The position numbers and the translations under genes are program-made. From NCBI GenBank assembly GCA_036172245.1, contig JAYWIR010000017.1, forward strand, positions 3,534,001 through 3,598,000: 64,000 nucleotides of DNA, given 5' to 3'. Position 1 is the stretch's first letter. Each line of letters starts with the position of its first letter. The notes under the pieces were generated by a model that was not told the origin of the DNA, made no database searches, and saw only the letters and a program-made list of their open reading frames with translations. Below are positions 13,401 to 27,562 of the stretch, one piece after another. Origin of the DNA: Raillietiella orientalis. Lineage: Eukaryota.

Positions 13401-16400
13401 CATGAGGAGCCGTCCGGGTGCCGTCGACATTCAACTGGCACTGGAGGGAACGCGTCTTTACTTCATGAGATGGAGTGCAACTGGTGCTGCCAGCTACAAG
13501 GGATGCTGGGGATGCTGTACCACTCTGAACATACGAGCGAAAGGGCAGAAGTGGGGAGTAATGCTCTCGCGTCGCGTGAACCCTCACCCCCATTCGTTGC
13601 CAATAGCGACGGCGTAGCGTCTCACCTCCCTCCATTAGGTGTTTCTTGGCAGGGCCATTTCCTTCCCCCTGGACCCGCGCCTCCTCCTCCTCCTGGACCG
13701 CCCGGCCAGCGTGAGTTTCTTCTTCCCCCTGCCTCTTTCCACCAAAAGTCCTCATCTTGAAAAGCGATGATGCCGGAAGCAGCCGACGGGAGGATCGACG
13801 GGACTCTCTGGATGCTTCTGGCCTCAGGATCGGTTGTGCAGCCTCCCACCCCAAAAGGTTTTCGAGACAGGGGAGAGAGGGGAGCACCTCAGAGCCATCT
13901 CCCCTTCATATTCGGGATCCGTTGCGCGGCAGCGGATAGTGGTACTCTGGAAGCTCCCTCCGCGTCTCCCGGTACGAAGTCCCTGCGTGGGGAGGGACCC
14001 TCCTCCCGCGCGCCTCTGGATGGGAGTTTCTCCCGGGCTCCTCCCCTTTCCAGGGGTCGCGCCGCGCCTCCCTCCTCGTTGCCGAGCGACCCGTCCCGAG
14101 GAGCGGCGGACGGGAACTCCCTGGATTCCCGAAACGAGGCCGATCGGAATGCGCGGGAGCGTCTCCCCGGAGGAACGGCCGGTTCCCCCGAGAGCTCCCT
14201 TTCTTCCCGGTCCCTCGGGGCCCGCGGCCCAATCCCACCGGAGGACGCAGCGGCAGGCTCTTCCCGGAGGAGCGAGAGAGATCCGGGAAGAGAGTACTTC
14301 CCGCTCCTTCTCTCTCCCTTCCCCCCCGTTTCCCTGTCCCCGTCTTCCTGTCGACGGGCGCAGTCCCCTGGGACCGCGCCCGGCGATGACGAATCCGGGG
14401 ATCCGCTGCCTCGCGGCGGCCCCCTCGCGGGCCGCTCCCGCGCAGCGGGAGGAGGCCGACGGTCCCTCTCGGTCCGAAAAGAGGTCCCTGGAGCGCCTCC
14501 TGGAGCCTTCGGAACGGCAGTCCCGCCTCCAGGACCTCTGCAACCCGCCTTCCCGGAAAGAGGCCATCGGGAACGGTGGCAGACGCCTCCCGCTGCACGA
14601 GATCCTCCACCAGGAGGCTCCAGCTAGCCTGGAGCACCGGAGGGAGCAGAGAGGGCACCTGAGGGTCCTTTGTCCCTCCTTCCCGGATTTGTAAGGAAGG
14701 AAGGGTACGAGCAAAACCCACGGGTCAGCTTCTCGTTCCTCCTCCTGGTTGCCGAGGAACAGACAGGCGGCGTTCGCGTTTCCTCCGGCCCTCGGGGCGG
14801 TCGCCACGGCGTTCCACCCGGGGCCGTGCCCGACCCGCCTCCTCGAAGCGCGCAGCCGCAGGCGCGTGTGGGTGGCTGGGTCGACCTCGAGGTGCGACCG
14901 CCTTTCGGGTATGGGTCGCGCAGGCTACCCCGGGGGGCTTTTTCGCGCGCTGAAAACGAGCGGGGGAAAGGTGCAGGCGTATCCTTTGTTTTTTCATCCT
15001 GACGACCCCGGAGCTCCAGGAACGCGCTGCTCCTCGGGAACTCCCGAAAGAAGGGGGGGAGGAAAAGTTGCCGTGACGACGCGGCCTCCTATTCTGGGAA
15101 TCCGCCTCGGGGAAGGGTGGGAGGGGTAGACGTTTCGAGAACTCCGCCGCACGAAGTAGTAGACCAGCTCCAGTACCTTCGCCGAAGGCGGAACAGTGCC
15201 ACCTTCCAAGAAGCTTCCCCCTCCTCTCCCCCGGAGTCTTCCGGGAGTTGAGGACCCCTTCTGCCTCCCGGCAGCGCGCCGTCAGGGAGCAGGAACAAAC
15301 CTCCCCTTCCCTTCCCACCCGGGGTGCGGCGCACGGGTCGGCGCCGGCGCTCGGATCAGGAGAGCGCGGCTGCCGGCTCGCGCGCACGTCCCTGGGATCA
15401 CTCCTGGAAGGATCCCCCGCCGCGCGGGGGATCAGGGAGAGAGCAGCGCTCCTCCCGGCCCCTCGCGTCCCCGCAACCAGACGCGATAATCGCCGGCGCT
15501 GACGAGTGGCGGGAACGCCGGGACGCCCGCGGCGACCCGACTCCCCGCCGTGCCGGAGGATCACGCCGATCCCTCCCGGACGGGAGGACGGAATCCTCGC
15601 CTGGGGATGATCCATCGGCGCGGGTGACTTGGTGATGCTGCGCGCCGGCGATCCTAATCTGCCCGCCACGGCGTCCTGGAGTGAGCGCGAGTCGCTCCTG
15701 GCGCTCTCCCCCTTCACGGAGCCCGGAACAGGATTTCTGGCGCGAAGAAGGGGAAGGAGGCGCGCGGGAAGCTGTTGCTCTGCGGTCATTCCCGCGGGGT
15801 CGCCGAGCGCCTTTCCGTTGAGGGCCGGGGTCTCACCTGAGGCTTTTTTTTTTTTTCCTGAGGCTGTTCGCGGAAAGAAGCGCTACTTCTGAGGAGGCAG
15901 CGCCAGGTGCCTCCAGCGTGCGTGCTGGCGCCCTCCCTGGAAGCCTCTCCGCTGATGCCTTCGTCAGCTACAGCCCCCCCCCTCCCTCACCTCCTTCCCC
16001 GGCGGGCTTTTAGGTCGGGAGAGACGCCCCGAAACTCCACTTCTTGTTCCTGAGCCAGCTGGAGTCGATCTTTGGCATCCCTCCGAATCCGCCTCCCATG
16101 AAGCTTCCACCATGGGCGCACCCTCCAGAAGCTTCGCCTCCCTCGCGCTCGCTTGCCACCCCGACTCCTTATCCGGGATGCCTGGTGGAGACCAAAGAGG
16201 AAGACGACGCGGGCGGAGGAGGAGAACCCAGGAGGATTCACGCCATCCGTCGCCAAAGTGGCGCGCTGCTGGTCCGGATGAAGACTGCCGCCGTCTCGCG
16301 GGGCTCCCTGCCGCGACATCCGACCCCAGGGGGGACGTCGTCTAATAGTGCCCTTCCAGGCGCATGAGCGCCGTCCACGGGAGCCTCCCGCAGTCTCTCA
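10399..16400 (-). mobile_element. Near-full-length, decayed L1/Tx1-like non-LTR retrotransposon (ORF1 + EN/RT ORF2); 5' boundary uncertain
   Basis: Ordered remnants on the minus strand. ORF1: FGE/VLEL (~15180) and a knuckle-like PYKSGKEGQRTLRCP (~14690). ORF2: PTY…ISRD (APE SRID-like, ~13230), RGSSV*RF (GxWxLN-like, ~13030), NGGSSLNFGAHRECPM (RGVRQGCP-like, ~12030), DGGLLQP (~11460), ECGFCG (~11010), RWPHL…ELAGILTRMQR (~10700), then T-rich UTR, AATAAA and terminal hairpin. Confidence 0.75.
13244..13295. repeat. Short imperfect tandem repeat (TAGGAT[GCTG]) inside the LINE endonuclease region
   Basis: gtaggatctaggatcggatgtaggatgctgtaggatgctccataggatgctg. Confidence 0.8.
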
Positions 16401-16749
16401 GGGCTGGGATCCCGAGGTAGCCTGCCGTTCCTTGGCCAGATTTTTCCCCGTCTCGAGCGCCGGGTTCCGCGGGCGCGTTCCTTTCCCTCTGGCGGTCTCC
16501 CACACACGAAGGCTCTCCCCCAGCCCCAGCCCCAGCTGGCGGGTCTGTTCGAAGCTCACTGTCCTCTCGTGCGCTCCGCTAGATGCCCTCAGCTCTCGGT
16601 CGCTCAGGCCCCGGCCGAGACTGGCTTTGAGGGAGGCGGAAAGATGACAGGACGGCGGGAGGCTGACTGGGAGGCAGCCCGACTCGCGGCTTTCTGCCTC
16701 TGGCGTCGTTTTCGTTCCCAGGAAAAAGAAGACAAAAAAGAAAAAGGGG

Positions 16750-17110
16750 GTGGACGGAGGAACCAGCGAGCACCCTTACCACAGAACAGGAGAGTCTGAT
16801 CTTTCGACTTCATCAGAACGGATCGCATCGGGCGAGATCCAAGGACAGCCTGGCGGAAACGTGTTTGCTGTGCCTAGCGACCTCGATGGCATCCCTGCGG
16901 GTGCGAACATGGGAGCGCCCACCCCCTCGCACCGGATGCCTCTCCACCAGCGTCCAGCCGGTTTTGACACGGCGAGAGCCTCCGAACCTCCTATATGCGG
17001 TTGCTTGCTAGGCCACGCCGGTTGCGTGGGCCTTGGTGGAGGTCTCCTGCCTTTGGGGAGCAGGCGGGATGGGACCAAACCGGCTCGTTTCCCACCCACC
17101 CCACCCCCCT
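16750..17110 (+). mobile_element. Possible C-terminal fragment of a different non-LTR retrotransposon
   Basis: SLIFRLHQNGSHRARSKDSLAETCLLC resembles the lead-in to the ORF2 C-terminal zinc finger; the His/Cys half is not intact. Confidence 0.3.
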
Positions 17111-19459
17111 AGAGTACACGCCCACGACCTTAGATGGTCCAGGCATCCGAGATACCGCGCTCGGCTCGAGTGTTCTCACCCTCGGCTCGGGTCCTCACGG
17201 ACGGGAGGCTCTCCTCCTCGTCCTCCTTCCACGCCGGTCCTTAAGCAATATCTGCGACTTGATCGGTGAACCGACTTTTCGGCATTTCCTTTCGATATTT
17301 GCAAGGATCGTGTCGGAATTCGTGCCGTTTCCGTAGATGAATTTCGTGGGTCCGGCGGGGGAAGCCTCTGCGGGCTTGCGAGTCCACTGATGTCCGCATT
17401 CTTTGCCACGTCGCGCGGACCCTCAAACTCGCGCACTCCGCGTGCACTACTTGAGCAGATCGCAGTGGGCGCACGCCGCCGCGTCCGGCCCTGCGGATGA
17501 AAATTCTTCCGGGAGAGAGCGAACTGGAGAGAGCGACTGAACGAATCCGAGCCTTCAGGAGTACCTGAAAGAAAAAGAGCTTGAAACTTTCCCCCACGGT
17601 GAGCATCTCGGGAACGCTTGTTGAAAATCTTCAGGCGGTGCATCTCGAAGCGGCCGCAACAGGAAGGTTAGCGCGGAGAGAGACGTCGTGACGTCACCGA
17701 AAGGCCGCATTTTCTTTCCGCGTTGCGAGCGGAGGTCGCGCGCTTGCGCGTTTTCTATTCCCGAACGCTGCGACACCTGAATATTTATGGATGACGGTCA
17801 TGTCCAGGTCCGTCCGAGTCTCGCGGCCATTATTTTGCAGACCTGGACGCCTGGACCTCAACGAGTCAGGAGGCGCATTTCGGTCTCTTGCAGGCACGCA
17901 GAGCTCACCCGGGACGCCGCCACGGCAAATAGCCCCCCGAGGACGAGATCTTCACGCGCTTCAGACCGTTGGCAACAGCCTCCGACCGAAAACCAAGCTC
18001 TTTCGAGAGAGAGAGAGACAGGGATGCTCCCGTGGCATGGAAACGGTCGCTGAGAGCCTCTCAGTGGGGATTTTCGTGTTTGATCCACCGGAACGATGAT
18101 CCCAGTTTCCGTCCCTTCTCACCTCGTAGGTCGCAACCACCCGCGAACCGTCGACAGAAAGAGGAAGCGTGCAGTTTTCTTTTTTTTTTTGCTCTTCCTC
18201 TCTCGGCCGGAGCGAGACGGTGAGCGAAGCCGGTAGTCTCTCGGTGTTTTCGGAACCTTGACGACGCTCTCGTCTGACCTTCCTTTCATCAGAGATGTAT
18301 CCGAGCCTCGTTTCTCCTACTGCTTCGCTGGACCAGTGGACCTCGTTTCCTCCTTCAGAGCGCGGAGGGCATTCCAGAAGACGGCGTTGCCAAAGTTCCA
18401 CCACGGAGGCGGACGGAGCCATCTGGCAGATGAATCTGCTCTCGGACACTTCGCGACGACGGGCAGAACAGATGCTCGATCGGAACACTAAGGGATGTTC
18501 ACGGGCATGTTTGAGGGCGTCCACCAAGAGAAGACGGGCGGGCAGCCAGCACCTAGCAGCAATTCGTTCCCGAAAAATCAAAATCGTGCTTCCTGTCAGT
18601 GGGACCTATTATTCTCCAGACGCAGCATCCAGTTTTCTTGACTCCCAGCCAATGCCATCCTCGCAGGTGGCACGCTGCGTTTGCACGCAGGAGCTGCAGC
18701 TCCAACGCCTGCGGAACGAGGGAAAACGCGAGTCTTGCACGCGCGCTCGCGCCTCCCTCCCGCTCGGCCAGCGATCCCAGCGAAGCACCCATTTCCGGAC
18801 CAACAGTCGAAGAGGGTCGCTCCTCCGACCACTCGTCTGCTCGAAATCCTGTGACCCCGCGCGCTAGCGCGGGGGAGAATTCGGTTTCCCTCCTCCAGGT
18901 AGATTCCGTTGCCATGGTGCGAGCAAGGGACGGATCGTTCAACCAACGTGCCGCTGCCCCGGCGACAAGTGGGACCCCGTTCCAGGGGGAGCCGAGTGTT
19001 CCGGAAAGGAGAGGCTCTTCAGCATCCTCACAGGGCGCTGCCGCGTTTTCTCAACAGCGGTCCACGGAACGGAAGACGTAGCGCTCTCGCTCGCGCCGTG
19101 AGACCGGGATTCGCTCTCTCCCCCCTCCTCGGGGACTGACCAAGGGTGTCTGCACGCAGGTTGACTCGATCTCTCGACGTCTCCAGACTCTCGACATCCT
19201 GGACGCGTATCGGCCTCAAGGAGAGTCGACGCGCGAGCACGCAAACGCCGCACTCCCGTCCACGAAGCCCTGCTCTGTCGGGAAAGCGACGCGCGCGGTC
19301 CGGGAGCCGACCGAAATTCCCGCACGCCGCCGACCCTGGGATCGGCGAGGCCCTCCCGCACGAGGGCGAAGGAGGAGGGGGGGAAGGGTTGATGTTCTTT
19401 CCGATTGGCGCGAAGCGCCCCGGAGAATCGCTCCCGCGAGATCACACGAAACACGAAAC

Positions 19460-19700
19460 ACTTTGAAGCAACCGTGCATCTGGCGGGTGTCCCCGTGCTT
19501 CCCAGAAGCTTCGCTTATCTTCCAGACGAACACTTTCGCAATCAACATTGCATAATGTTTGTTGTGCCCGGCTTTGCAAGAATGCAGGATTGTTTTGGTT
19601 TGGGCACCTATTAGCTTGTGGGGAACCTGAAAAGTTCTTCCAGGATCAGTAAAATGTTCATTAAGCACAGCTTCGATATTCGTCGAGTAGTTATTAATCA
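19460..19700 (-). pseudogene. Degenerate ankyrin-repeat-like fragment
   Basis: GAQTKTILHSCKAGHNKHYAMLI and GKHGDTRQMH resemble two consecutive GxTxLHxAxxxGH repeats at roughly ankyrin spacing. Confidence 0.4.
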
Positions 19701-22700
19701 CGGAGTAAAAACTATAAACATTAAATATTTATGCGTGCATTAGTTATGAGGTATGTTATTTCCGGGTGGCTTTTACTTCTTTTGCGGGTGGTCTCTGCTT
19801 TAGAATTGCATTATCAGAAATTTACGTGTAAGAATAATGGGAATTGAAGAAAAAAAAATGGCGTCATTTACAATCTATTTGAATTCCGTATGAGCTGAGA
19901 GGGATTTCTGGTCCATGTGAAAGAGCATTTTGAAAATCCGTAAGGAATGAAACACCAAGGGTCTCGGGAATTGGGTGATTAGACTTTTTGTTTGTTTTGG
20001 TGCAAAGATTTTGATTAGATCGATGCTGGATCCACACACAGTTCTAGAAAAAAAATTTATCAGCACTGTTGCACGGATGGCTCATGTGCATAAACCTGAG
20101 ATGAAAACGAAATTGCAAAAGACCGTTTGCGGAGGTTTTTCAAAAAATCGATAGGGAGAAAATACTCGATTTTCTTCAGCGCAGCATGACTTTTTTTATT
20201 TATTTATATTTCTTCTTCCTCTTCTTCCTTTTTTCGTCTTCTATTTCCTCTGGCCGGTGCTTATTAGCAAACATCTGTGATGACGAGAAGCAGCACCACA
20301 ACCTAACCTCGAATAAAGAAAAAAAACTGGAATCCTCGACCGAGGTCAATTCTAATAGAAAAAGAAAAAAAAATCACTTATTATAGGGATGTAAAAGGTG
20401 GAACGGATTCAGGACTCTTCTGCTTGAAAATTCTTCTTCCGAGTGTGCTTGACCAAGACGGTGACGAAAGTGGCAACCAGCGACGCAATTTTGAGCGGGG
20501 TGCTCTCTGCCATCTCTCGAAATTTCGCTGAACTATTAGGAGATCCGTCCGGTGAATTTACCGGGATGAAGCGAAATTTCCTGGCGCCGAAATGGGAAGA
20601 AGGAACCTGCTCAGGGAAGCAACTTTTCCGGTCAGAACTGCAAATTGGTCGTCATTTCCATCGCTGCAAAGCATCGGCAAACTTGCTGTTTCCTCAGTGA
20701 TGAATGATTTCGGTTGTGCCAATGAGCGACCACAAGCGAAAAGAAACGCTGCACGTCTTAAGGGTTCTGACGCATGTCTAGAAAAAAGAAAAGAAAACAA
20801 TCTCTCATCGTGGAAGAACAGAGCCACTCAGATCACAGCTGCTGTGTAGTGTGTCCTTTGAGTTATCTTAGACTCCTTAGAACTGACTTCTTTCGTTATG
20901 TTGAACTTGCCGAAATGTGTCGTGAAATCCGCTAGCAAACATATTTGAATGGAATATTTCGATCCCACTTGTTACCGCTCCCTTTTTCGAATCTTTGGAT
21001 CAAATAGTTACGGCTATCGTTCATCTTACTGGCATCTGTATCTTTGCGAACACGCATGAGATAAGAAAAAGCAAAAAAAAAAAAAAAAAGGTGAAAGACT
21101 TTTGACCAATTTCAAGCAGCTGGACTCAAAAGGAATCAAACAAAACTCACTATGCATTCGAAAAGAACATTCCAGAAATTATTGCAAGCATAGAAACTTT
21201 GATGTGCAACACGGTGCTGCTTTCTTCAACATCATTTTTCACCCTCATACTGTGGTCCGCTCGTAACCGTAATTTATCTGCAGAAAAACTGCCATCCAGG
21301 CAATGTTCTGGATTCCCCACTGGGTCATCACTAAATGAAAGCATCTTAGATATGAAAAGGAATTGATTTTTTTTTTTCTCTCCCTTTGGATGAGAAAGGG
21401 AGGGATGCTCTGTCGTTCTCTCGAGGATCAATTTTAGAGAGATCACTCCTATCTCACAAGCATCAAAAGCATCTGAAGAGAGCTAGAACAGTCGCTGATT
21501 CCACGCTCGTTCCGTATGAGTTCTCATCATGAGCATCCATTGCTATTACTTGCATTTACATGAAGATTCCAATTGCAAAAGCAACATGACCATCGCCGAA
21601 ACGGCTCGGTTTCAAAGGCGATGTTCGAAATCTAATTCCAAATCTTTGTTTGTTTTCCTAGGAAGATGAAGCGGCATCTGTTGACCCCCAAGTTTCACGA
21701 AGGAAGTGATGTCGCGAACCAAAATGAATTTGTGGGATCCATCCGCACCGAACTCAGATTCTAAGAAAACAAAACCACTAATGACTACTTTAGAAGATGT
21801 CTGTGGCATAGGATGAAATGAAAACCAGCCGCCGGAATGGACAATGGTTTTCATCATACCTATGAGACCATCAAAATTCGTTCTGTCGACGTCCTCGCCT
21901 TCCTCACATGTTCAGCTTTCCGACTTTTCCCTTCCGGGGGAATGAGAGATGGTGAAAATGCTAGCATCCCCGTTCGGCCGGCGGAGAGCCCTGCTCACTT
22001 GGTTTTCACTTTCACTGATAAATCTGCGATCTTCGCCGGCCCTATTCAATTCACGGATCCGATCTTTAGAGAGGAATTTTTCACATCTTCATCTGGGGAA
22101 GGCTTCTTTGGTCGCCAAGAAAAAAAACTGCAGCAAAAAATGAAGATGGAACATTCAATCAAATTTCATCTTCGACTGCAAAAAATTCTTCAGATTTTAT
22201 CTTCACCCGAAGTGTTCCGTTGAGATTTTGTATTCCCATTTTTAGAGAGATTCCCAACGCACGTTGCCAGGCCAGCTCTCACTTCTTTTCCATGTGGTTC
22301 CGCCACCGTTACCGTTATGTTCTTCCCCCGTTTTTTTTTTTTTTTTAGAACTTGTAGCATATCGGCGAAACTTCCATCTCCGTGTGATGTAGTGGCTCCT
22401 TTCACGAAACAGTTATTTGTCTGTGAAAGAGGAAGTGACATCCTGGAACCATACGACCCGCCTAAGAAAAGACAACTTGCCGCTTCAGCGCTGGGGAAAC
22501 TCGAACCTTCCTCCTGCGACTTCCTCGCCGAACTTCAGGAGCACTTGGAGTTGCAGAACGACAGTTGCGGAGGATTCAAAGGCACTGTTTGGCTAAAATC
22601 ATTGATTTCGATCACTTGCTCTTATGCACGAGAAGCCAGAGACGGCATAAATTTCCCTTCAGGATGCGCGATTAACCGGAAGCAAAATTACACTTCTAGC

Positions 22701-24593
22701 CAATGGTCACATGCAAATCAGTCATCCGAGGAAGAATGTTGACTTGGAATACGGAAGAATATTCATACTTGAGAAAAAAGCACTCGGAAACTGTCGATCG
22801 AAGAATAGTGTCCTCTTATTCAGCGATCAGTATCTTGGAATACTGAATGTCTTATTGACGGCCCTATCAGTGTGACCCATGATGAGTTGAGTTGCCTGCT
22901 ATCTCGCGCCCGAGATAATGCTAACCCAGCTAATGATATGTGATTTGCAACCAGAAACGCATCCTCAAAGCGTGAATGTGAATCAGCGGTCCCTCTGCAG
23001 ATGACTTGCAGATCACAAACAGAGCATCATAAAAAGCGCCGCTGAGATTTCAAAGGAAAATGTAGGTGATTCCTCTTATCTTATTACTTCTTGTTACCAT
23101 TCCCTCTGTTCTCTTGCTCGGAACTATTCTTCAGAATAGCATGGTATGGTGTGAAAAGCTCTCGCAGCACTGGTCTTTCATCTCGTGTGCTGGGAGAAAC
23201 GGGATCCAATTTAAGGTAAGGCTCTCCTTTCGAGTGACGATGGCAGGTCGAAAATTTAAAATAGGGAAGAGCGCAGAGGAAGAATCGCAGTTTAAGCCAA
23301 CGAAAGCGTTGCGGCTCCAGGATGACAGGATCGACAAATGTCCGTGGAAAATAAGAAGAATACAGCGAGCGGACACCGGAAGGCCGTCACTGGAAACCGA
23401 TGTCGCTACTCCGAGTTCAGGGACCCAGTCCGGACACAAAGGGTTCTTACCGATGGCATGAAGCGCACTCCCGAGACTTTTGATGGGCCCAGCAGCCCGG
23501 AAATGGCCGCGATTCTCGTTCACGATTGCTGCAGGAACGGCAGTTCGAGGGAAGAATTCACCGGATCTGGTGTTTCGTCACGAGAAAATAAGGCAAGTCT
23601 GCAGGGAAAGGGATTCGTGCCCAACCGTTCAGTGGCTTCGATGGCTGTCGGATGAAGTACGGACATACTTGAAGTTGAGTGAAAGACATCCACTCCCACA
23701 GAGATCGTATCTTTAACGATTCGTATATTTGTTTGTTTGTTTATTTGTTTTGTTTTGTTTTTGGGGGGGGGAAGAAACGTTCGATCCCAGTACGCAATCC
23801 CGGAGCTTTTCAAAGCAAATTCCCTGTGCCAATCCCCTCGAACGAATAAAATCTTTGTTTCAAAACGCTACACGATCATGAAATCGAAAGCAAAGAGGAA
23901 GCAACTTCCTGCATCGTCGGCGAAAAGTTTCTGCTCCGTTTCTCCCCCCCTCCCCAAAATGCGAAGTGAGCAGTGAACCTCCCGGGCGTCCTCACTAAAG
24001 TAAACCCAAACAAATTAATGCAAGGACACAGCCAGAGAGCAAAGTGTGCGACTGCCGAAGGAATTGAAATTAAAGTAAATCAGGAGGAAGGGAATCGAAA
24101 AAAGAGAAGCAAATGCCCAGTCATCGGGCTGCTAGTTTTTCGATGGATGCCTGATGGAAGTTCTCCTTCATGCCTGTAGAATTTTCAAAACGAAAAAAAA
24201 AAAAAAAAGCTTTAGAGCGCTTTATTTGGGGGGAGGAGGACTTTGTAATACTTTGTTTGGCAGCATTTATGAGTACCAGTACAAGCAAAGCACAACTCTC
24301 CAGACAAAAGACTTCCTTTCTATATTAGACTCTTCTTGTTTAACATTGAAATGCATGTTTTCATATGAAATGGAGAATGGTTTTCACTTTGGATGCACAC
24401 AGCATCCAAACTGAGAAGACAAATCTTTGTTTATCCCTCCACTTGATTTTCAGTGGGTCCTATATAACTTTCTCTTTTTTATTGTATTTAATTAACCCTT
24501 GCTATATTCTAGAATATCATATTTTTATGAATTTTCCATGCACATTAACGAAACAAAGCACATCTGAACTTATTCTAAGATGTAATTAAAGAC

Positions 24594-24873
24594 TGGTGCC
24601 AGAATACCCAGGCGTAACTAGTAAAATAATAACTAAGATACCGATCTAATGCAGTGCACAGTGACATCTATGTGTTTTTTTCTTAATCAAATCAAATGAA
24701 ACGTTTATTCAGCTGTATGAAACCCAAATACCACTTCCTACACCTCCTAAAAACCCAATCCACTAATATTCTGAAAAATTCGTTTCCATTTATTTAGATC
24801 TCCTTCTTTGGAAACTTCCGGAAAATGGCAGAGATGCTGGCACAAGGCAGTGTGGTTCGCACATTTGATGCAA
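24594..24873 (+). repeat. Diverged direct duplication, copy 1 (copy 2 at 27563-27832)
   Basis: Shared blocks tggtgcc…agtaaaataata…tcttaatcaaatcaaat…gtatgaaacccaaatac…ccacttcctacacctcct…cacaaggca…ttcgcacatt. Confidence 0.9.
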
Positions 24874-27562
24874 GAGACGACAGAGTTTACTCCAGAAGGG
24901 GACAGTGGATTTATGGCTGTTATCAAACATGAAGACTTGTCATAATGGAGATCCAAAGATGTTCGCGCCATTCCATGGAGTATGCCGAATAGGAGAAACT
25001 GAGTTAATGGAAATGGAAATAGGAGCGGGCAAATCGAATTGATAACTCGCACCCGTTTCCATGGAGGATCCAGCGTTATCATAAGACCGAAATTTGGGGA
25101 AAAGTGCCTGAATCATCATGTGCTCTGGTGAACTTACTGAGGGACGGATCCTTAAGAACGAATAATGAAATTGCACTTTGAAATGGCTTACTGTATTTGT
25201 ATTACATATATGCAAATAATACACATCTATATGTATGTGGGTACCTATGTGCATCTAGACCTTCCTCAGATGCTGTATGATAATTGTGCTGTGGTACTTT
25301 TGAAAGTTCATTGGTTTCTGGCGCTACTGTACGTCTTTAAAGCACCTACCGGTATCACGAAGACATGCCAGAATGTTCATCAGTGCCATCAGATGTGGTT
25401 TTTTAAGCTCCAGAGAACTGAGCGCGGTTCGTCTCCCATTACTCGGGCACTTGTGAATAGTTGCAAACATTTTTTGGAAATTTTAGATCCCTGTTGTTTC
25501 ATTAGTCCTTAGGGCATACACTCTTCGCTTGTACATACGCTGGTACATATATGAACAGGACTATAAGTGCAAACGACTGCAAATTGGTTTATTTAAGAGA
25601 TTTTTATGCACCTTTTTATTAAAGGGCCATTGAAAATTGCAAATACTTTGTAAAAGTTTTGTGAAGTACTTTGTAAGGTACTCTTTTATTGAAGAAAAAA
25701 AAAACGATTTTGAAAATTTGAAACAAAATCGCTCAAGAAACAGCACACGATGACAAAAATCTTTTTTTTTTTTTCTTTTTTCTAATAGGAAAAATGGAAT
25801 TTCCTGAGATCGAAAACAGATCCTGGAACGCAAAATGGGATGCAGACCAACGGACCTCGAAGTCTCGAGCATGAGAAAGAACTGCGCGACGGCCGTAACT
25901 GGGAAGGAACCCAAAAGTTTAGAAGATAGAAAGAAGTCAGAAAACAAAAACGGTTGTACCAGGAGGAATCATCAGAAAGTGCTGGCTGCAAGAAGTTCAG
26001 TCATCCGATCTGGCACTTTCATTTCGGATCTGCTGATCTTCTTTGCGAGGAGGAAAATCTTCGTCAAAGTCGCAGTATTACTAGCAATTTTTATTCAGGA
26101 ATCCTACTCGTGGGAGAGGAGGATTCCCTGGAAGTCCTCATTCCCTAGAAATTTCGAGCGAATCAGCTCGCGTGTCCAAGATATTCTCCCTGTATAAGTG
26201 CGAAGTGGGAAATGCAACTCATGCAAAGCGGCGGGAACCGTAAGAATCGAAGTCTTGGATGAAAAGAGGGATGCAAGCTGGCATAACCTGCGAAGGATCA
26301 CTGGAGTTGGTGCGTTTTCAGACAGCATCTACTTCAACGGTCCATTTACGATTTTTCAATTCTCACCACTGTCTATAAAAGATGTTGCCACTCTTCTTTA
26401 AGAGAAATTCCTTCGCTAACCACGAACTTCACATTTCCGAGTGCTTCCATTACTTTCAACATTCCCTACCTACTTTAATCTACTTTTCCATTCGTCTAAG
26501 AGTCGCTCGTCTAATAACTGCAAAGCTGTATTGAAATGTGTACGATTGTCGAAGACAGAAGCTCATTAGAGATTCCAACTGAAAACTTGGTGTGGCAAAT
26601 GTCCTGAGGCTGTATAGGCCGTGGGCCGCGATGTTTTCTGCGATATCTAAATAGAATGAAGGAAATCGCAGATGATGGGGTGAGACCGCAAAGGGAAAAA
26701 AGATCCCATTCGAACTGATCGAGGTGTACATGGCGGAATCCATGAAGCACGAAACCTTACAAGAACGAAACTCGCATAATTCGCAATCGGCTCCGCAATT
26801 TCGAATTCACAATCCAACGACCTAACTCGAATCGACGAGGTCAAACAGCCAGGCCCCCGTCGTTTCCTGGCTACGGGCCGAAGAGAGATTCATCTGCTGC
26901 CGGCGAATAAGAACATAAGGTCGTGCTTGTCGTCGAACCCCAACTAAGTTTCAGACCTTTGTCCGGCACTGCTTGGAAGCGGATGCCACCCGAAATTCTT
27001 GTGCAATCCAAAGAGGCTGAGAATATCCCCGTGTATCTCTCGATGCACGAAGGAGCTGTTGGGGCGACTCCGAGTCGGCACAACTTGCGGCAGGATACAT
27101 AAGAAAACCAGATCGCAATGGTCCAAAGTTGAAAAAAAAAAAAAAAAAGATTTGGGCCAGGAAAAACTTCGATGAATCAGGGAATCGTTCGCCACGGTTC
27201 CAGTCCATTGCGATTGCCCGGATGCAAGTGGAGGCGTCGGAGAGGGAAAAAGAAAAAAAAAAAAAATCCGAGGCAGAGCACTCGCCGAGCTGAGATGTGG
27301 TGGTAACCCAGCTAAGTTTTTTCTTAAAAAAAAAAAAAGAAAGAAAGAAAAGCAATGAAAACAATCTAAGAAGAACGAGATTGAGTGACCTTTGCGTGGA
27401 CTTGTGAGTGTATTGAATACGCCTTGTGCACCCTAAAAATCACTTTGCGTTTCCGTAAGGTTGCTTTGACCTGACTCACAATCCTTCAGTTATTCGTTTC
27501 CGAAAGTTGACCTCTCATTCAAAAACATGGAAAGGCTGCAAACGGAATTCCAAGTTAAAAAA

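Noticed and set aside
13767..15789. Several overlapping 270-354 aa ORFs on both strands as real genes
   Set aside because: Low-complexity R/G/P/S-rich translations in very GC-rich DNA where stops are rare; the region is the decayed ORF1 of the LINE.
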